Shown in pieces: positions 26,201-38,200 of a DNA stretch of 64,000 nt. A program made the position numbers and the translations under genes. The notes beneath the pieces were generated by a model. The model saw only the letters and a list, made by a program, of their open reading frames with translations, was not told the origin of the DNA and made no database searches. This DNA is from Vicugna vicugna (taxonomy: Eukaryota), in assembly GCA_013265495.1 (NCBI GenBank), contig MU058198.1:7393779-7457778 (forward strand), read 5' to 3'. How positions within the stretch are numbered: position 1 is the stretch's first letter; each line of letters opens with the position of its first letter.

Positions 26201-29200
26201 ATTTCACTTAGAATGTCTTCAAGGTTCATCCATATACTAGCATGTGCCAAAATTTCCTTTTTTCTTTTTTTTTGAAGTTGAAAAATATTCTCTTGTGCAC
26301 ATTTGTGCATACATGTATACGTATACGTGCTTGTGTACGTATACACATATACGTATATATACACACCACATTTTGTTTATTCATCTATCCATCGGTGGAC
26401 ACTGGGGTTACTTCCACCTTTTGGCTATTGTGAATAATGCTACTATGAGCCTAGGTGTACAGACATATGTTAAAGTCCCTGCTTTCAATTCTTTTGAGTA
26501 TATACCCAGAAATGGAATTGCCAGATCATAAGGTAATTCTATTTTTAATTTTTTGAGGTGCTGCCGTACTGGTTTTCCATAGCGGCTGCACTATTTTACA
26601 CTCCTACGAGCAGTTTGCAAAGGTTCTGATTTCTCCACATCATGGCCAGTATCTGTTTTCTGTTTTTTGATAATAGCTACCTTAATGGGTGTGAGGTGGT
26701 ATTTCATTGGTTTTGATTTCCTTAATGATTAGTGATGTTGAGCATATTTTTGCTCTTTGTATATTTTCTCTGGAGAAATGTCTATTCAAGATGTTTGCAG
26801 ATTTTTTAATTGCATCGTTAGGTTTTTCTGTTCAGTTGTTGGAATTCTTCATGTGTTCTGGATGTGAACCTCTTATCAGATACGTGATTTGCAAATAATT
26901 TGGTCCCATTCTGTGGGTTGCTTTTTTACTCTTTTGGTAGTGTCCTTTGAATATAGTCCTAACTTACAAATTTTTTCTTTTGTTGTCTGTGCTTTTGGTG
27001 TCATATTCAAGAAATCATTGCCACATTGACCCTTTTGACACCATGCTTTTGTGTTCCTTCTTATGTCAGAGGATAGACATGGGTCGGTTTGATCTCATTG
27101 GCCTGGAGGGTCGTGTCTCTAGATACGAGGCTGACACATTTCTACCCCAGCACCGCATTTCCCGCCGGGTTCTACTAGAGGTGGCTACTGCTCCTGATCC
27201 CCCACCCCGGCCCAAGCCAGTCAAGATGAAGGTCAACAGGTACCAGGGCTGAAGAACAGGGGGTGGGTTCCTAGAAAAAGTGGCTGCAGCTGGCTGGGGA
27301 GAATTGGGGTGGAAAGGAAGACGATGGAGGCTATGCTTGAGTGTTTATATGGGATGGATACAAAATATTTGGAGGGACTGGGAAGACAGTAACTAGAAGA
27401 TGGTCCTGGGAGAGGCCCACAGTTGTGTTACTGATTTTTTTTTTCCCCTCCTTCCTCTGCTTGGTGCTTTTCGGTTATTTCGGATTTCTTTCCCTCTTTA
27501 TCCTTTGGGTCTTCCCTTTCCCTCCTTTGCTTTGATAATCTCTGTTTTTCTACCTCATCTTCCTTATTTTTTCTTTTCCTACTCCTTAATCTTCCTCCCT
27601 ACCCATCCCCTTGTTTTTTCCTCATAGGATGTTGCAGCCAGTGCCCAAGCAAGAAGGCCGGACAGTGGTGGTGGTGAACAGTCCACGGACCCCCCTGGGC
27701 CCTGTCCCAGTCCGACCCCCTCCAGGCCCTGAGCTCTCAGTCCAGCCCACCCCTGGCCCAACCCCCCCAGTGCTGCCAGCACCGCTGATGGTGTCGGCCA
27801 CACCTGCCGGCCCCCCACTTATTCCAGCATCCCGGCCTCCTGGCCCTGTTCTTTTGCCCCCACTGCAGCCAAACAGTGGGCCTCTCCCCCAGGGTGAGTT
27901 GCAAGGGAGCCAGGATGCTGGGGGGGTACTTTAGGCAGGTTGCTTGGATTGGGGGAGAAGTAATGAAATTAGTGTTTGAGGAGCTGGGGTGGAGACGGGT
28001 GCGATCTTTGATGGGCTAGAAGGGATTAAGTATGGAGGCTTTCTGAGCAGGCTAAGGCTTTAGTCAGGGTTTATGTGACTGGTGCTTGCTTTGTATTTAC
28101 AGTGTTGCCATCCCCTCTGGGGGTCCTGAGTGGGACCTCACGGCCTCCCACACCAACCCTGTCCTTGAAGCCGGCCCCACCTGCCCCTGTTCGCTTGAGC
28201 CCTGCCCCACCCCCAGGCTCCTCCAGCCTGTTGAAGCCCCTGACAGTGCCACCAGGCTATGCCTTCCCTTCCGCTGCCGCCACCACCACCTCTACCACCG
28301 CAGCTATTGCTCCCACCACGGCAGTACCAGCACCTACTCCTGCACCACAGCGCCTCATCCTGTCTCCCGATATGCAAGCTCGCCTGCCCTGTAAGTTCCC
28401 AGGGCTCTGTGAGGGTGAAGGACTTGAGGGAGGAAAGGCTTATATGCGATGGAGCTGTAAAAGAGCTTGGGACCATGAGATTATTGAATTCTAGGTAGCT
28501 AGCTTATATTAGGTATTTTGTCAGACTTTGGTAACTCATAATCAGGTAAGAGCCCTCAAGTAGTTCACAGTCTGTAGTGGGGGAGATGACACATAGATGA
28601 GTAAATAGTTGTATGCCTAGCAGTAGAAAATTGGGAGTAAGAGGCAGTGTAGAGGAGGGGATTGGTGATTAGCTCGGTATGGTGGCAAGCTATTAGAGGA
28701 TGTAAAGAAGATTGCAAAGCAAACAAGTGGGATCGGAAGGAGTAGCATGTCAAAAGCTCAAAGGCTGTATGTAGATGGAGGCTGAGCTTGTTAGAACTTA
28801 GTAAATTGAGGGGAAGAGTTAGAGAAGCTGGACGCTTGTGCGTCTTGTAGGTCTGTGAAGTGACGTTAAGCTGAGTGATCCTCATGTACATTAAGCCCCT
28901 TCTTTATTCATAGCAGGCGAAGTGGTCAGCATCGGGCAGTTGGCCTCACTGGCACAACGTCCAGTGGCTAGTGCAGGGGGAAGCAAACCTCTCACCTTCC
29001 AAATCCAGGGCAACAAGCTGACTTTGACTGGTGCCCAGGTGCGCCAGCTTGCTGTGGGGCAACCCCGCCCGCTGCAAAGTAGGTAAAACCCATCCCCTGT
29101 CCTGCCTATTTCCTCCTCTTCCTTGTGCCTTTGTTTTTGTGGCTCTCTTCAGATGTCAGCCTTTATGTTTCTTTCCCTAGCTTTTGGTGGGTGGGTCCAA

Positions 29201-32200
29201 GGGGAATGGTTGGTGGGGCGTCTTTAGATCAATATAGGGATGAGACCATTCTAGAGAAGCTATTCCCTCTGTTCTTCCTCTCTTCTCTTGCCCTTGCCTC
29301 TGCCCTCCTCCGGCTGATAGCTGCTTCTCTCTCTCTTTCTCTCTTCCCTTAACCCAGGGAATGTGGTGCACCTGGTGTCAGCAGGGGGGCAGCACCACCT
29401 CATCAGCCAGCCTGCCCATGTGGCCCTCATCCAGGCCGTGGCCCCGACCCCTGGCCCCACCCCTGTTTCTGTGCTGCCTTCTTCGACCCCCAGCACCACC
29501 CCTGCCCCCACTGGCCTCAGCCTTCCGCTTGCTGCTAACCAGGGTGAGGCTCCTGGCCTTCCTACTTACTTTGCCCTTGCTGGCCTTGGTCCTTACAGGC
29601 ATGCCCTGGGCTACTATCTGTCCAGCCTTCCCTCAGTGTTGTTTTCCCTTGCCAGTATCTGATATCTGTCTGCTACCCTCTCCTGCCCCTGGACTTCTTC
29701 CATTCTTTGGGTCTCTTGTTTCTTTTCTACCTTCCCCTCAATGTAGCTTCCTCTTGCAGTGCCACCAACCATGGTGAATAATACAGGCGTGGTGAAGATT
29801 GTAGTGAGACAGGCCCCTCGGGATGGACTGACTCCAGTTCCTCCATTGGCCCCAGCACCCCGGCCTCCGAGCTCTGGGCTTCCAGCTGTGTTAACTCCAC
29901 GCCCCACATTAACCCCTGGCCGGCTACCCACACCTACTCTGGGGGCTGCCCGGGCCCCCATACCCACGTCCACTCTGGTGAGGCCCCTTCTCAAGCTTGT
30001 CCACAGTCCTTCGCCAGAAGTCAGTGGTGAGTCCAAATGGCTGAGGCCAAAAGTTTTTGCTGGGAATAGGGTGGTCCAGAGGGTTTCTTAATCATAACAG
30101 ATCCCTTCATCATCAGCATACTGAACGCGTTGCATTGGGTCTCCAAAATGGGCTGCTGAGCCCTTGCCTCACTCCAAGATGCATTAGTTGGAACCTTGGA
30201 AGGAAAGGAAATGTTAAATTGTCAGATTCTTTGACTCTATGAGCTCATAGTCTGGGAGTGAAGGTCTTCTGGGGCACAGGTGAAGATTGGGACTATGGGA
30301 AGGGGTGGGGTGGGTAGGGTAATAGAAGGAGCAAGAAAAGAATTCTTGGGCTAACTTATCCTCTCTCTCCACAGCTTCAGCACCCGGAGCTGCTCCTTTG
30401 ACCATCTCTTCTCCTCTCCCTGTGTCATCCTCACTCCCTGGGCCAGCTTCTTCTCCATTGCCAGTTCTCAACTCCTCTCCCCTTGCTAGTCCTGTGTCCT
30501 CTACAGTCTCAGTTCCAGTGTCGTCTTCACTCCCCATTTCCGTCTCCACAGCGCTTCCTGCCACAGCCTCAGCTCCACTCACCATCCCCATCTCAGCCCC
30601 CTTGCCAGTTTCGGCTTCAGGCCCAGCTCTGTTGACCAATGTGACTCCAGCACTGGCACCTGTTGTCTCAGCGGCTCCTGGTCCTCCCTCTTTGGCACCT
30701 GTTGGCGCTTCCCCATCAGCGTCAGCCTTGACTCTAGGTTTGGCCACAACTCCATCCTTGTCCCCGTCTCAGGCACCTGGTCACCCTCTGTTATTGGCTC
30801 CAGCCTCTTCACATGTTTCGGGGTTGAACTCAGCCATGGCCCCAGCATGTTCACCCGTCCTGGTGCCAGCTTCTGCTCTGGCCAGTCCTTTTCCGGCAAC
30901 ACCAAATCCAGCTCCAGCTCAGGCTTCCCTTCTGGCTCCAGCACCTACTGCATCTCAGGCTCTAGCCACCTCTCTGGCTCCCATGGTGGCTCCACCGACA
31001 GCAATCCTGGCTCCTTCTCCAGCTCCTTCTCTGGCTCCTCTTCCAGTCCTGGCTCCATCACCAGGTCCTACTCCTATCCTGGCTCCATCACAGACTTCAG
31101 TTCCAGTTCTGGCTTCATCATCTACTCCAGGAACTTCCTTAGCCTCAACTTCTTCACTGTTGCCAGCCCCAAGTCCTGCATTGGCTCCATCATCAGCTCA
31201 GACCATGGTGCCAGTCTCGGTTCCGTCACCTCTCCCGAGTCCATCTTCTGCGCAGACACTGGCTTTACCCCCAGCTTTAGCATCCACACTCGGTGGCTCA
31301 TCTCCATCTCAGACACTCTCTTTGGGAACTGGGAACCCCCAGGGGCCCTTTCCAGCTCAGACATTGTCATTGACTCCAGCATCATCCCTAGTACCAGCTC
31401 CAGCCCAGACACTGTCTTTGGCACCAGGACCACCACTGGGTCCATCTCAGACGCTGTCTCTGGCTCCAGCACCCCCTCTGGCTCCAGTTTCTCCAATGGG
31501 CCCGGCCCCAGCTCACACGCTGACTTTGGCTCCGGTATCATCATCTGCTTCACTCCTGGCCCCAGCTTCAGTGCAAACATTGACCTTAAGCCCGGCCCCA
31601 GTTCCAGTGCCTACCTTGGGCTCAGCTGCAGCTCAGACTCTGGCACTGGCCCCAGTCGCAACACAGGCCCCAGCTTCCCAGGCATCTTCCCTTGTGGTTT
31701 CAACATCTGGTGCCGCTCCTTTGCCTGTCACCATGGTATCCCGGCTGCCTGTTGGCAAGGATGAACCTGAGACACTGACATTACGCTCTGGTCCCCCCAG
31801 CCCTCCCTCCACTGCTACCTCGTTCAGTGGTCCCCGACCTCGACGCCAGCCCCCACCACCACCTCGTTCCCCTTTCTATCTGGTAAGTTTTACTCCCTCA
31901 AAGGAGAGGAAACAAGAAGTTGAGTTTCTTTGGAGTGTTGATAGAGTGGATGGAACAAAGTAATGTCACTTTTATCTTGGTAAATTATGAAGTCTAGTTT
32001 TGTGCACCTAATACTTGAATGCCATTGGACAAGACCCTTCTCTTCCCTGGGCCCTTACTCTTACTTACAAAATGGAAATAATCATGTTCTACCTTTCTCA
32101 GAAGAGTAAGTGAAGACATAATGTACTTTTAAAACTATTAGTCACTGTTGTGTTCAAGGTTTTCTTGTTACATTTGGCCTCTTTGGTTCTTGCTTACTCT

Positions 32201-35200
32201 TTTGAGTTAGTGTCGTCACCTAATTGCCCCATTTTACACATGAAACTAACCTAGTAAATGATGTTACAAAGGTTACACAACTTGGAAGAACACAGATTGC
32301 TGACTCCATTGCTTTCTCTTTCCCAAAAGAGACAGTCCTCTGGGACAGGAAGATATTTCTCAGTTGCTGAAACCGTCACCATCATCAAGCATTTGAACTT
32401 CTAAGTGAGAAGTGACACCACAGAATACAGTTACCTAAAGATCATAAGCCTCTGACTTTGATAGTCATTTCTTGTAGTTTTTTACTTTCATGGTGGATAA
32501 GTAGTCAATAAAAAGAATTCTGTTCCCTGTCCTTTCATGAGCTTTCTGGTAGCCATTTTTTTCTGTCATACATAGTTGCCATATATGTTTGGTTAAGTTA
32601 AAGTTACAACTCAGAGTAAATAACCCAGGAGGTACTAAGAAGAAAGAGCTTGTGAGTTCCTCCAGGTCCTCTTACCTTTTTCTCACTCTGGTAATAGAGC
32701 TGCTGCTTATCTTTTGCTTCAGCCTCAGCTCCCCACCCTCCATCAGTGCCACTGATTCCACTTTTGATCTGGCTTTTTGGAAGTAGAGAGAAGAGAGCCT
32801 AGTCCCTAGCCCAAGGGTGCAACCCCATGGTCTGTGCTGAATTTTCATTACTCTGCAAGTAGGTAATGGCTTCTTCACACTATTTTTTCTTTTAAACACT
32901 TTGAGATATGTGTAAATCACATACCATGCAGTTTACCCACTTAAACTGTACAATTCAATGTCTTTTAGTATATTCATAGAGTTGGGGAACCATGACCACA
33001 TTTAACTTTAGGACATTTTCATGGCCCTAGAAAGAAATCCCATACCCATAGCTGTCATCCCTGAACCTTTCCATTCCTCTCAGCTCTAGGTAACCACTAA
33101 TCTGCTTTTTATCTCTGTAGATTTACCTACTGTGGAGTCATAACATGTAGTCTTTGGTGACTGGCTTCTTCCACTTAGCTTAATATATTTGAGGTTCATC
33201 CATGTTATGCTGTAACATATATATGTATTGGTGCTTCATTTCTTTTTATTGTTGAATAATACTCCATTGTATGCATATTACCACTTTTTATATATTCACC
33301 AGTTGATTGGGCGACATTTGGATTGTTTTTATTTTTTGAATGTTATAAATAATGCTGCTATGAACATTTATGTATAAGATTCTGTGTCTTTCATATGTTT
33401 GCAGTTACATTAGATATAAACTTAGGAGTAAAATTGCTGGGTTACAGTAACTGTATTTAACCATTTGAGGAACTGCCGAACTGTTTTCCAAAGTAGCTGT
33501 ACCTTTTGCATTCACACTAGCAGCTTAAAAGGATTCCAGGTTCTCTACATAGTTGCCAAAAACTTGTTGTCTTTTTGATTATAGCCATCCTGATGGGTGT
33601 AAAGTGATATCTTGTGGTTTTGATTTGCATTTTGCTGGTGGCTAATGATGTTGAGCATCTTTTCAGTGGTTGTTGGCCATTTGTGTATCTTTGAAGAAAT
33701 ACCTGTTCAGATCCTTTGCCCTTTTTAATTGGGTTATTTTATTTTATTCCTTTAGATGCTCTGGATACAAGTCCTAGTTCAGATATATGATTTGCAAATA
33801 TTTTCTCTTTTGCTACTACTTTTGAGAGCTGGCCTTAATGATTATTCCCTCTGCTATGATGTTTTCTTTCCTCACTTAGATTACCAGGAGCCAAGAGGTC
33901 AAGCTTAAGGTGGCAGTCAAGAAGGGAGACTTGGGACACTGCTTTTTTTCAGGACCAACTTCTGGGGTCCAGTCTCCATTATTTGTTCATTCTAATAACA
34001 TATTTATTGAGACTACTTTTTGCTATTAGATACTGAGCTAGATATGGGGTGATTACAGTGAGCAAGATCATACATGGTTCATGTTATATGGGGCTTAAGG
34101 TAGAAGAGATTAATCAAAGAATCATACAAATGTAAAACTACAAGTGTGGTAAGTGTAACAAGAAGTGGCTTTATAGCCTGTGAAATTGGAATCACAGCTA
34201 TGGGAAAGGATTGGGTCAAAGTCATACAGATTTCCTGTCAGCGAGGGCACTCCCCTTTCTTCTCTCAGGGTAATGGTATTTAGTTGTCTGGTTAGCTGTT
34301 CCCATCTCGCCCCATTCCAGCCTGGCCCAAGGCAGAAACCCGCTGTGGATTTGATTAACCTCTCTGTATCCTGATCGGTAATTTGAGGAGGGATTTTAAT
34401 TATTGTTTTGGTTCTACTACGGAAAGGTAAACTAACTTGGATATTCTGGAGTTAAGTGTTATGTGGGAAAATTCTCATAAATTATCCATTCTGTAAGCTT
34501 GTTGAATATGTACATCTTAATTTTGAATATTTAAGCATCTGCTTTGGCAGATCAGTTTCCTCTTGCAGAGAACTTATCTAATTTAACATCGTGAAAGGAA
34601 TAAGTCTCATTGAAACCTTGGAAAACAAAAAGCATAGTGTATTTTTGAATCTTAAGTTTCCATAGATTGTGTTTAATTTGGGGAGGAACTGCCTGGTTTT
34701 CTGTGAGGACGCTGATTACTTTTTCTGTGTTTTTCTCCTCTCTTCCTAAGGACTCTCTGGAGGAAAAGCGGAAGCGGCAGCGGTCTGAACGCCTGGAACG
34801 GATTTTCCAACTTAGTGAGGCTCATGGGGCCCTGGCACCTGTGTATGGGACTGAAGTCCTGGATTTCTGTACCCTGCCCCAACCTGTTGCCAGCCCCATC
34901 GGCCCTCGTTCTCCTGGCCCCAACCACCCCACCTTTTGGACTTATACCGAGGCTGCCCGCCAGGCTGTACTGTTTCCCCAGCAACGACTAGACCAGCTGT
35001 CAGAAATCATTGAGAGGTTGGCAGGGCTAAGTGCTAATGGGAAGTGGGTCTTGGGGCCTCTGAGTTGATGTAGCGGTTAGGACTGATGAAGGTGCTAACT
35101 TCTGGGGCCTTTCCGAGTTCCATATTTTATACTGCTTACCTTCTTTTTACAGGTTCATCTTTGTCATGCCTCCTGTGGAGGCACCTCCCCCTTCCTTGCA

Positions 35201-38200
35201 TGCCTGCCATCCACCTCCTTGGCTGGCTCCACGTCAGGCATCCTTCCAGGAGCAATTGGCCTGTGAGCTCTGGCCCCGGGCTCGTCCTTTGCACCGTATT
35301 GTGTGTAACATGCGCACCCAGTTTCCTGACTTGAGGCTCATCCAGTATGATTGTGGTGAGTTCATTGGCTAGTGAGGATCCCCTTGACCATTTTTTTGTC
35401 TTAGTATCAAGACTACTATATCAGAGGGATGCTGTACATGAAGTCTCTGGATTTCATGAAACATTAGGCAGTTTTTTAGGTTATGCTTATGGGTAGGCCT
35501 TATGATGAGTTTTCTTGGCATTCATGAATTTGACTTTGATGAAAGTTGAAAATGTGTGCTAACTCATTTATTCAGTGATTATTTTGTGAGCATCTGTTAT
35601 ATTTTGCTATTCATTTGGGACACAATAGCAAATGAGATAGCACAGCATGAAGTTTTAAGATTTACAGGGAAAGGTGTATGGTGGTACAAGACTACAGTAA
35701 ATACAGTAGATTTTGTTTTGGGAAAAGGCAAAGATTCTTGTCTTTTGGTTAGAATCTTATTGGTTAGAATGAATTTGGCCACAAGAAACAAAACTAACCA
35801 ATAGTGGCTGTACCACAAGAGCACTTATTGTTTACTTAATGAGAAATGCTGAGAATGGTGGTATATGGCAGGTTAAGTGGATTAGTGGCATCTTCATGGA
35901 CCCAGGACTTTGCCTGCTATCCTTAGCTTTTATCTTTTTATTCTCATAGTTATTTCTTCATGGTCTTCAGATGCCTGCTGTAACTCCAGGGAGTACACCA
36001 GTGTTCAAAGCAGGAATCAAGGGGTTGAGACAGAACACTCCTAGCAAGTCTTTATTTTTTCTGAGAAAAGAAAACCCTTCAGTTGACTGATTCAGAACTC
36101 CTTGGCTCAAATTGGGCTTTATGCCCATCTTTAGAACAATCACTGAAAGGGTAATGGCAAAGAGAAACTGTGGTTTATTTAGTCCAGTAATGATTCATCA
36201 TCTAGGGTTGGTTTGGGGTATGTCTTCCCTGGGATCAAGAGATCTCTGCCAGGTGTCTACAGTGTTAATCAGGTTCTGTTAACCAAGAATGGCTGTTGGA
36301 CAGTAGTGATTAGTTTCTGCCACAAACCTGCACAGATATTTCTATTGTAACATGTTTAGAGATTGCTTATATGTTAGAATATAAAAAAGTCAGCAGGATT
36401 TTTATTAGTATGTGCTCAATAAATAATTCAGTCAAAAATAATTTTGTAACATTTGAAACCATTCGGAATAGATGAATAAAAAGTCAGCAGGATTTTTAGT
36501 ATGTGCTCAATAAATAATTCAGTCAAAAATAATTTTGTAACATTTGAAACCATTCGGAATAGATGAATTGAAAGTTTTTGTTAAAAGTGTTGAAACTGAC
36601 TTACTCAGAAATGTTATAGAAGTTATTTCTGTGTTTAATGGGAGGTTAGACTAGCTAATCTCATGAGATCCTGCCTATATGGTTCTGTTCTCAGTGACCG
36701 TCAGTCCCTGTCTATAAGTCATGACATTGTTGGATTTGTTGGTGTCTATCTTATATATCTGTTCTGTGTTTCAGCTGGTATAACTCAGTGTAGTACTTAA
36801 AGATCTCTTGCTTATACACCATTGAGGATTTCTCTTTTTCCCCTGGAGGGTCTGTGTTACTCTACTCCTAGTTAGACTGAAAGAAGTCAGAGCCAAGACA
36901 GGAGTAGACTGAAGAGGGGAACCCTTAAGGGAAGAAAATATATAAAAAATATTTTTGATCCCCTGGGTAATTTGAAACCCTAGCCTAAAAGCTTTATCTT
37001 TCACTATACAGCCTTCCAGTGCTGAATGTTCTGCCCATTCCAGCTTACAGCTAGTTCCCTGTACCCCTTCATATCTCTTCAGGAAAATTGCAAACATTGG
37101 CAGTGCTATTGCGACAGCTTAAGGCAGAGGGCCACCGGGTACTCATATTCACCCAGATGACCCGAATGCTGGATGTCTTGGAGCAGTTTCTCACCTACCA
37201 TGGCCACCTCTACTTGCGTCTGGATGGGTCTACTAGAGTTGAACAGAGACAGGTAACCCAGGCATCTGCGGCCCTTAGAGGCTCACTTCGGGTTCTGTCT
37301 CCTTTTTCTAGGCCTCAGAGTCCCAGGAGGGGCCCCACTAAGCCTTGATCTGTTTTTGGGGATATGTCTCCCAATACTATCTTTTTTTCCCTTTTCCTCT
37401 AGGCCTTGATGGAACGATTCAATGCAGACAAACGCATATTCTGCTTCATCCTTTCAACTCGAAGTGGGGGTGTGGGCGTGAACCTGACGGGGGCAGACAC
37501 TGTTGTTTTTTATGACAGCGACTGGAATCCTACCATGGATGCTCAGGCCCAGGATCGCTGTCACCGAATTGGCCAGACTCGAGATGTCCACATATATAGG
37601 TATTGCCTAGTCTCCCCTCACCTTGCTTTCCTTTTGCTGATAGGATTTTTATTGATGTATTTTGCTGTTTACATGTGGCCTTCATCACCCTCTAGGCTTA
37701 TCAGTGAACGGACAGTGGAGGAGAACATCCTAAAAAAGGCAAATCAGAAGAGAATGTTGGGAGACATGGCTATTGAGGGAGGCAACTTCACCACAGCCTA
37801 TTTTAAACAGGTACTAAGATCTTCCACCCTATGCAGGAGAGAACTGCATCTGTAGGAGGTACTACTGCTTATTAAAAAGGATGCTTTGACCTCCACAGAC
37901 TTGCCTCTTCAGCCACTGGTATTTCTGGTACTTCTAAGAGCTATCAGCCTTAGAGCAGTAGACATGGGACCAGCATTCCATTGGCTCTGACACTTTTCTT
38001 GTGTTCTTTCCAAAGCAGACCATCCGAGAGCTGTTTGATATGCCTCTGGAGGAGCCATCTGGCTCATCTGTACCCTCTGCCCCTGAAGATGAAGAAGAGA
38101 CTGTGGCCAGCAAGCAGACCCAGATCCTAGAGCAGGTGAAAAAACCAGTGGGCAGTCTCTAGAGTCCCTAGAGCTAATGGTTGTCTGATGAGCTTGTCCC

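Noticed and set aside
26304..26363. Alternating purine-pyrimidine, partly palindromic tract (TATACGTATAC...)
   Set aside because: Decayed (TA/CA)n simple repeat inside an L1 3' UTR; nothing suggests function.
30847..31764. 305-aa ATG-initiated alternative-frame ORF (Ser/Gly-rich) inside SRCAP exon 25
   Set aside because: Expected shadow of Pro/Ala/Ser/Leu codon bias, which rarely creates stops in that frame. It is low complexity and far from any 5' end, with no independent support.
32723..32862. Second possible cryptic exon in SRCAP intron 25 (TTTTGCTTCAG|...TAG|GTAATG) with an early stop
   Set aside because: Splice-like pairs of this strength are common by chance, and there is no extra sign of constraint.
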